Of a stretch of DNA of 64,000 bases, positions 58,949-64,000 are shown one piece after another. Source of the DNA: an uncultured Pseudomonadota bacterium. GTDB lineage: Bacteria > Vulcanimicrobiota > Vulcanimicrobiia > Eremiobacterales > Eremiobacteraceae. The notes beneath the pieces were generated by a model. The model was not told the DNA's origin. It searched no databases and worked only from the letters and a program-made list of their open reading frames with translations. The position numbers were made by a program, and so were the translations under genes. The stretch spans positions 544,001 through 608,000 of the forward strand of contig CAVTNB010000001.1 of the NCBI GenBank assembly GCA_963736005.1, read 5' to 3'. Position 1 is the first letter of the stretch, and every line of letters begins with the position of its first letter.

Positions 58949-59332
58949 CTAGGTTTCAAGTACAGACAAAATATTGCCAGCTGGGTCCTTAAACCAAGCT
59001 ATGTCAGGGCCTATGTTCTGCTCCTTACCCCGCATGATGCCTTTCTTGTCCGTCTTTGGACCACTTTCGTAGTGCTCGAACTGCACGCCTCGACTGGTTA
59101 GTTCATCCACCGCCCCATCAATATTCTCAACCGCAAAGTTTAAAATGGTGAACGTTGCGGGCTGATGAGTGCTTTTTGGATACGCAAACACCGTGCCACC
59201 GCCGGGCAAATGAAGCCTTATCCCTACGCCCTCATCGTCAACTCTTACTCCAAGGATCTCGGTATAGAATTTCTTTGCCTTTGCCAAGTCATCGACCGAA
59301 AAACCACTAAATGCCGTTTTTGCTTTCAGCAC
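58949..59332 (-). CDS. VOC/glyoxalase family protein
   Basis: [37 protein letters not shown]. Confidence 0.92.
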   Translation of the reverse strand: MLKAKTAFSGFSVDDLAKAKKFYTEILGVRVDDEGVGIRLHLPGGGTVFAYPKSTHQPATFTILNFAVENIDGAVDELTSRGVQFEHYESGPKTDKKGIMRGKEQNIGPDIAWFKDPAGNILSVLET

Positions 59333-59344
59333 AGGTTTGCTCCT

Positions 59345-59821
59345 CTATGGAGTCGCTAGCTCATATGCTTGTTGTAACTTTTCGATGTCAATCTTGTCCA
59401 TTTTCAGCATCGCTTGAAAAACTCTCTCCGATCTTGCCGGGTCAGGGTCTTCCATCATTTCGCTAAAGGCAGTGGGAATAATCTGCCACGAAATACCGTA
59501 CTTATCTTTGAGCCAACCACATCGTTGTTTCTCTCCTCCTTCGGAGAGCTTTTCCCACAACTCGTCCACTTCTTGCTGCGTCTTGCAGCGCACAAAAAAC
59601 GATATGGCTGGTGAGAAGGTGAAGTGTGGACCACCGTTAAGGGCGATAAACTCTTGCCCTTCGATTTCGAAGGTCACGCTCATGACCGGTTCCTTCTCTC
59701 CCGCTTCCTCTCCATCGCGACCGTCGCTTATTATCTTTGAATTCTTAAAAACTGAGATGTAGAAATGCATCGCCTCTTCGGCGTTACCGTCGAACCATAA
59801 GAACGGAGTGATTTTTTGCAT
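59345..59821 (-). CDS. VOC family, PhnB-like protein
   Basis: MQKITPFLWFD, ALNGGP, CGWLKDKYGISWQI. Confidence 0.93.
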   Translation of the reverse strand: MQKITPFLWFDGNAEEAMHFYISVFKNSKIISDGRDGEEAGEKEPVMSVTFEIEGQEFIALNGGPHFTFSPAISFFVRCKTQQEVDELWEKLSEGGEKQRCGWLKDKYGISWQIIPTAFSEMMEDPDPARSERVFQAMLKMDKIDIEKLQQAYELATP

Positions 59822-59842
59822 GATTTTGTTCCTTCTCTTTGG

Positions 59843-59969
59843 TTATTTAGTTAATACGCCCGACCCCAACAGCTCAGCCATCCGGTCATAGCTCTCGGCT
59901 GCCCCGTGCTCCATACCAGTCTCGATCACTGCGTCGCGAATCTCGTGCGACGGAAACGGCGTTCTTCAT
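59843..59969 (-). pseudogene. SRPBCC (AHSA1-like) gene with a large internal deletion
   Basis: RBS and MKN joined out of frame to the C-terminal FPSHEIRDAVIETGMEHGAAESYDRMAELL. Confidence 0.75.
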
Positions 59970-59982
59970 CGCTGCTCTCCTC

Positions 59983-60360
59983 TTATCGCTTTGTGCGTCC
60001 ACGTTTCTTTTTGTTGGTTTTCAGCTCGCCAAGCAGCGCGTCGAGGCGTTGGAAGCTTCCTTCTAACGTTTGCCTGTACGATTCCAGCCAATCGGTTGCT
60101 TGCGCGAGCGGTTTTGCCTCGAGACGGCGAGGCCGACGCTGAGCGTCACGGCCACGCGAAATCAGACCGGCCCGCTCCAAGACCTTGAGGTGCTTGGAGA
60201 TGGCCGGCTGACTCATCGCGAAGGGCGCTGCCAGTTCGGTTACCGATGCCTCGCCCGAGGCTAGCCGCGCCAGGATCGCCCGCCGCGTGGGATCCGCCAG
60301 CGCCGCGAACGTTGCGTCGAGGCGCTCAGGAGTAAGGTGTCCATAACTTGTTGGTTGCAT
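59983..60360 (-). CDS. ArsR/SmtB-family transcriptional regulator
   Basis: LDATFAALADPTRRAILARL, SQPAISKHLKVLERAGLI; upstream TTGACA...TATATT promoter. Confidence 0.93.
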   Translation of the reverse strand: MQPTSYGHLTPERLDATFAALADPTRRAILARLASGEASVTELAAPFAMSQPAISKHLKVLERAGLISRGRDAQRRPRRLEAKPLAQATDWLESYRQTLEGSFQRLDALLGELKTNKKKRGRTKR

Positions 60361-60561
60361 AACCTCTGAGTAATATAACACGAACCGGAAACCTTTGTCA
60401 AGACCTAGCGCAACGAGGCAACGCTCGGTTTATCACCAAGCAAGCGTAACGAACGTTGGCTTTGCACGTTGGGTAGCCCTGAGGGTGAGAGCAGGAAGCG
60501 TTCGACGCAACCGTAATACGCACGCAACTCACTTTTTCTCCAGTCAGTATTGGCAAGAACC

Positions 60562-61368
60562 GTGCGATATTTTCTCGCTCTGCTCATCCTCGTTTGCGTC
60601 GCCTTACCAGCCTTTGGCAGCACTCATATGATCCAAGTGCTCGGCACCGAGCCATTGTTTGCAAAGGCCGAGTCGCGGGCGCAATTCCTCGCCATCATGC
60701 ACAAGTATCCCGACCGAGAACGAATCGCGCTCAACATGCTCGGCATCGATCGCGGAGAATTTGAGCGCGGCATGCAGTCTGCGAAGAGCATCGTGACGCA
60801 GGCGCCATTTCATCTGGATGCAATGGCATACTACGATGGAGGCGTCAAGGTGACATACGACGTTGACGTACCGACCCACACCTACATGTGGGTTCTGTCT
60901 GTCCGACACAAGACGGTGTACGTACCGCAACTGTGCGGAAATATTTCGACCGTTACGGCGGCGGGCATCGAGTCCTATCACGCCCACTTTCCAGTGACAG
61001 CGCAGACGCCCAAAATGATCAGCACCCAAGCTCTCGGGGGGCCGTCGCCGCAAGCCGCTATGCCGACGCAGGTGCCCGTTGCAACGCCTTTGGCTCAGCA
61101 ACCGGCAGCTGCGGCGGGCTTCAAGTTTCCTTGGTGGATAATCTTGTTGCCGGTAGCCTTGATCCACGGCGGCCATTCCAGTTCGTCGTCGACGCCGCCG
61201 CCAGTCGGGCCCACGCCGACGCCGACGCCAACTCCCACTCCAACGGGGCCACCGACAGCGACTCCGACGCCGACTGGGACTGCGACGCCGTGCTCAACCC
61301 CAACGCCAAGACCAACTCCAAAACCAACACCGACACCTTGCCCCACGGCTACCAAGGCTCGAACCTAG
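60562..61368 (+). CDS. Exported protein with a Pro-Thr repeat tail
   Basis: Signal peptide, short hydrophobic FPWWIILLPVAL segment, (PT)n repeat at about 61200-61345. Confidence 0.65.
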   Translation: MRYFLALLILVCVALPAFGSTHMIQVLGTEPLFAKAESRAQFLAIMHKYPDRERIALNMLGIDRGEFERGMQSAKSIVTQAPFHLDAMAYYDGGVKVTYDVDVPTHTYMWVLSVRHKTVYVPQLCGNISTVTAAGIESYHAHFPVTAQTPKMISTQALGGPSPQAAMPTQVPVATPLAQQPAAAAGFKFPWWIILLPVALIHGGHSSSSSTPPPVGPTPTPTPTPTPTGPPTATPTPTGTATPCSTPTPRPTPKPTPTPCPTATKART

Positions 61369-61462
61369 GCGCAATCGCGAGTTAGATTCGACACTAGCAT
61401 CCGCAGGCTTAGCTTGCGGAGCATTATGATGCAGTATCGCGCTTGAACTTTAGGGATCGCCC

Positions 61463-61762
61463 CTAGCCGCCGGCCATCGCTCCCACGACTAGAAAGGGTT
61501 CCGTCCCCAGTGCGACCGCGTTGGGAAGCGGGGCATCTGGCGATTCGTTTGACAGATCCTGCTCGCACGCGAAGAATCTCACGAAGGCGCGACGCTGTTG
61601 CGTGAGGTGGTCGCGAATAGTCCCGCGCAACATTGGGTAGGTGGTCTCGAGCGCGTCGAGGACCGAGCGCTGCGTGACGGCGCGGCTGTCAACGTCGAGC
61701 TGTACCTCGCCATTGACGCGCGCCAGGGTCCGCAGATGCGCTGGAAGGATAACCCGGATCAT
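61463..61762 (-). CDS. MoaD/ThiS ubiquitin-like protein
   Basis: [14 protein letters not shown]...[10 protein letters not shown]...AMAGG with C-terminal di-Gly. Confidence 0.9.
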   Translation of the reverse strand: MIRVILPAHLRTLARVNGEVQLDVDSRAVTQRSVLDALETTYPMLRGTIRDHLTQQRRAFVRFFACEQDLSNESPDAPLPNAVALGTEPFLVVGAMAGG

Positions 61763-62874
61763 GCCAGCGTTTGTACTTCGACCGACAGCACGGCGGGAAG
61801 GTCTCGCACGATAGGCGCCCACTTATTTCCGGCGTCGCTCGATGCATACACTTGACCACCGGTCGTACCAAAGTACACGCCGCACGAGTCAAGCGAGTCT
61901 ACCGACATCGCATCGCGCAGCACATTAACGTAGCAGTTGCTTTGCGGCAAGCCCTTCGTGAGTGCTTCCCACTCGTTACCACCCGTCCGACTGCGATACA
62001 CCCGTAACTTTCCGTCGGGCGTGTAGTGCTCGGAGTCGCTTTTGATGGGAACAACGTAGATCGTGTCCGGTTCGTGCGCGTGAATGTCGATCGGAAAACC
62101 AAAGTCGGTCGGCAGGTTGCCGCTGATCTCGCGCCACGATTCCCCGGCGTCGTCGCTGCGCATAACATCCCAATGCTTTTGCATGAACAATACGCCTGGG
62201 CGCTTGGGGTGCATCGCAATCCGGTGAACGCAGTGCCCAACCTCGGCAGTCGGGTCCGGGATCTGCTCGGATCGCAGTCCGTGGTTGATGGGCCGCCAGG
62301 TCTTGCCGTCGTTGTCGCTGCGGAAGGCGCCAGCAGCCGAGATTGCAACAAACATCCTCCCTTTGTTGTTCGCATCCAAAATGATCGTGTGCAGGCACAT
62401 CCCGCCGGCACCCGGCTGCCAATGCTGGGCTGAGCCATGATTGCGCAGGCCGGAAAGCTCCTGCCACGTCAGCCCGCCGTCGGTCGTGCGGAATATGGCC
62501 GCGTCTTCTACCCCAGCATACACGGTGTCCGGATCGGTCAACGATGGTTCGAGATGCCACACTCGCTTGAACTCCCAGGGGTGTGGCGTGCCATCGTACC
62601 ACAGGTGAGTGCCCGGCACACCATCGTAGACGAATTGGTTACCTACCGGCTCCCAGGTCTTACCGCCATCGTTGGAGCGCTGGATAAGTTGTCCGAACCA
62701 GCCGTTGGACTGCGATGCATACAGGCGATCCTGGTCGATGGGTGATCCCTTGAGGTGGTAAATCTCCCAACCTCCAAAATGCGGTCCGTTGACATCCCAC
62801 TGTTCGCGCTTTGCGTCAGATGTGAGGATGAAGGCTCCTTTGCGCGTACCAACGAGCACCCGTACTCCACTCAT
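61759..62874 (-). CDS. BNR/Asp-box beta-propeller (sialidase-like) protein
   Basis: Repeated SxDGGxTW Asp boxes; ATGA-coupled to the MoaD-like gene. Confidence 0.9.
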   Translation of the reverse strand: MSGVRVLVGTRKGAFILTSDAKREQWDVNGPHFGGWEIYHLKGSPIDQDRLYASQSNGWFGQLIQRSNDGGKTWEPVGNQFVYDGVPGTHLWYDGTPHPWEFKRVWHLEPSLTDPDTVYAGVEDAAIFRTTDGGLTWQELSGLRNHGSAQHWQPGAGGMCLHTIILDANNKGRMFVAISAAGAFRSDNDGKTWRPINHGLRSEQIPDPTAEVGHCVHRIAMHPKRPGVLFMQKHWDVMRSDDAGESWREISGNLPTDFGFPIDIHAHEPDTIYVVPIKSDSEHYTPDGKLRVYRSRTGGNEWEALTKGLPQSNCYVNVLRDAMSVDSLDSCGVYFGTTGGQVYASSDAGNKWAPIVRDLPAVLSVEVQTLA

Positions 62875-62904
62875 TCTTTGCTCCTTCCTAACGAAACCGC
62901 GAGG

Positions 62905-63966
62905 CTAGTGGCTATCTCGGAACAGGTCAACCATCGGCACCACGCCGGGCGCATTGGCTTGGCGTAAGTGCGTCGTGATTCCAAAAGCATCCTCGATGGT
63001 CCGAAGCAGCGAGTAGTGGCTGTACGGCGTCGGATCGACCAAAGCGCGTGGCCCATGATTTGCAATGACGATCGTGGGAATACGGCCGCCACCGGCGTTG
63101 GCGGGATCGCTTCGGTCGATGCCGCAGCACCCTTCTTTGCCATGGTGATCGTCTTCATCAAAGGTGATCACAATCGCGTCGCGATCCGACGAACCCCAGG
63201 TTTTCGAAGCCATGATTTCGTCGACCAATATCTTTGCGTGGGCATCTCCCCGCTGGATCAACGCCGACAGATTTTGATCTTGGCAATCCGCTGGCGCATT
63301 TTCCCCGACACCGTGCATGTCATTGCACAGGTTGGGGATGATCATCGCGAGATTTGGAAGTTTATTCGAGCTCAGATCTGCTTTCAATTGCGTGAAATCG
63401 ACAATTTTCTGCGCGCGCGATGGGCTATCTTGGACATCGACAAAGTTCAAGAAGCCTGAGTGTTTGGAAGCATACACGATTGGTCCCTGAGGATCGCTTG
63501 GATCTACCGCCGCAACCGCAAGCGAGCCTGGGGCTGGCAGTGATTCGTTGTAGCTCTTCCACGTCAAGCCTGCGGTCTGTAACTGCGTACCGATATTCGG
63601 CGCGTCGATCGTATGATTGGCATACCATGGGAGCCATGAAAACTTGCAATTCGGCCGCTTGTCACCGCTCTTGCAATAGTACGCGTCGTCGTCGAGGATG
63701 CCAAAGGTGGCACCACCAACGAGGGCGACGTAGTTTGGCTCGCTTGGATGGGTCTCCGCGTAGAAGTTGCTCGCAAGGCCATAGGTTTTTGCAAGATTGG
63801 TCAAGGCCGGCGCGTCGGGACCTCCGATGATCGCCGCGCTCTTGTTTTCTTCGATGATGACAAAGATATGGTTGAAACGCGGCATCTCGCTGTCGCGAGA
63901 CGCGGGAGCCGCTGCAAACGCGAAAAACGATGCAGTCAGGAGTGGAATGAGGCGCCGAAGTCGCAT
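62905..63966 (-). CDS. Secreted phosphoesterase (acid phosphatase/phospholipase C family)
   Basis: HIFVIIEEN, THPSEPNY, NDMH, ITFDE, HYSLLRTIEDAFG. Confidence 0.9.
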   Translation of the reverse strand: MRLRRLIPLLTASFFAFAAAPASRDSEMPRFNHIFVIIEENKSAAIIGGPDAPALTNLAKTYGLASNFYAETHPSEPNYVALVGGATFGILDDDAYYCKSGDKRPNCKFSWLPWYANHTIDAPNIGTQLQTAGLTWKSYNESLPAPGSLAVAAVDPSDPQGPIVYASKHSGFLNFVDVQDSPSRAQKIVDFTQLKADLSSNKLPNLAMIIPNLCNDMHGVGENAPADCQDQNLSALIQRGDAHAKILVDEIMASKTWGSSDRDAIVITFDEDDHHGKEGCCGIDRSDPANAGGGRIPTIVIANHGPRALVDPTPYSHYSLLRTIEDAFGITTHLRQANAPGVVPMVDLFRDSH

Positions 63967-64000
63967 CCCCCGATTTTGCCTTCGAACCGGAAGGAGTCCT

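Noticed and set aside
61195..61350. Tandem repeat array
   Set aside because: Explained by Pro-Thr codons in a coding linker

Overview
This is a GC-rich bacterial chromosome segment. It carries an outer-membrane usher and an OmpA domain together with a Gram-positive-type LexA box, which suggests a diderm Terrabacteria lineage (inference). The left part (1-34.3 kb) is mostly core genome: sucA 3' end, clpB, three prepilin-like genes, M3 oligoendopeptidase, a two-component system with SDR and QueA-like genes, a LexA-controlled imuA-imuB-dnaE2 mutasome, DUF885, a Zn metalloprotease, NUDIX, a PD-(D/E)XK nuclease, a polysaccharide deacetylase, dppA, a homocysteine methyltransferase/MTHFR fusion, RNase HI, USP, GNATs and tRNA-Pro(GGG). 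The right part (34.4-64 kb) is accessory, with IS3 and cfa relics, a secreted/lipoprotein/OmpA cluster, three tandem two-domain multicopper oxidases, a BTAD-AAA-TPR regulator, an archaic chaperone-usher operon, a cNMP-TrxR-like protein, a prolyl oligopeptidase, VOC/ArsR genes, a MoaD + BNR pair and a phosphoesterase. Top findings: (1) the three oxidase paralogues have complementary copper-ligand losses that together reproduce six-domain ceruloplasmin architecture, suggesting a 'split ceruloplasmin' heterotrimer; (2) an intergenic GTAG-type palindromic repeat also sits in frame inside both ImuB and DnaE2, encoding VG(G/D)DW(Q/K)IAP; (3) two promoters share a SARP-like CGGCACG-N4-CGGCACG-N9-TANNNT design near the BTAD regulator. 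Several single-base frameshifts are probably assembly errors. No database searches were run; family calls rest on recognised motifs.
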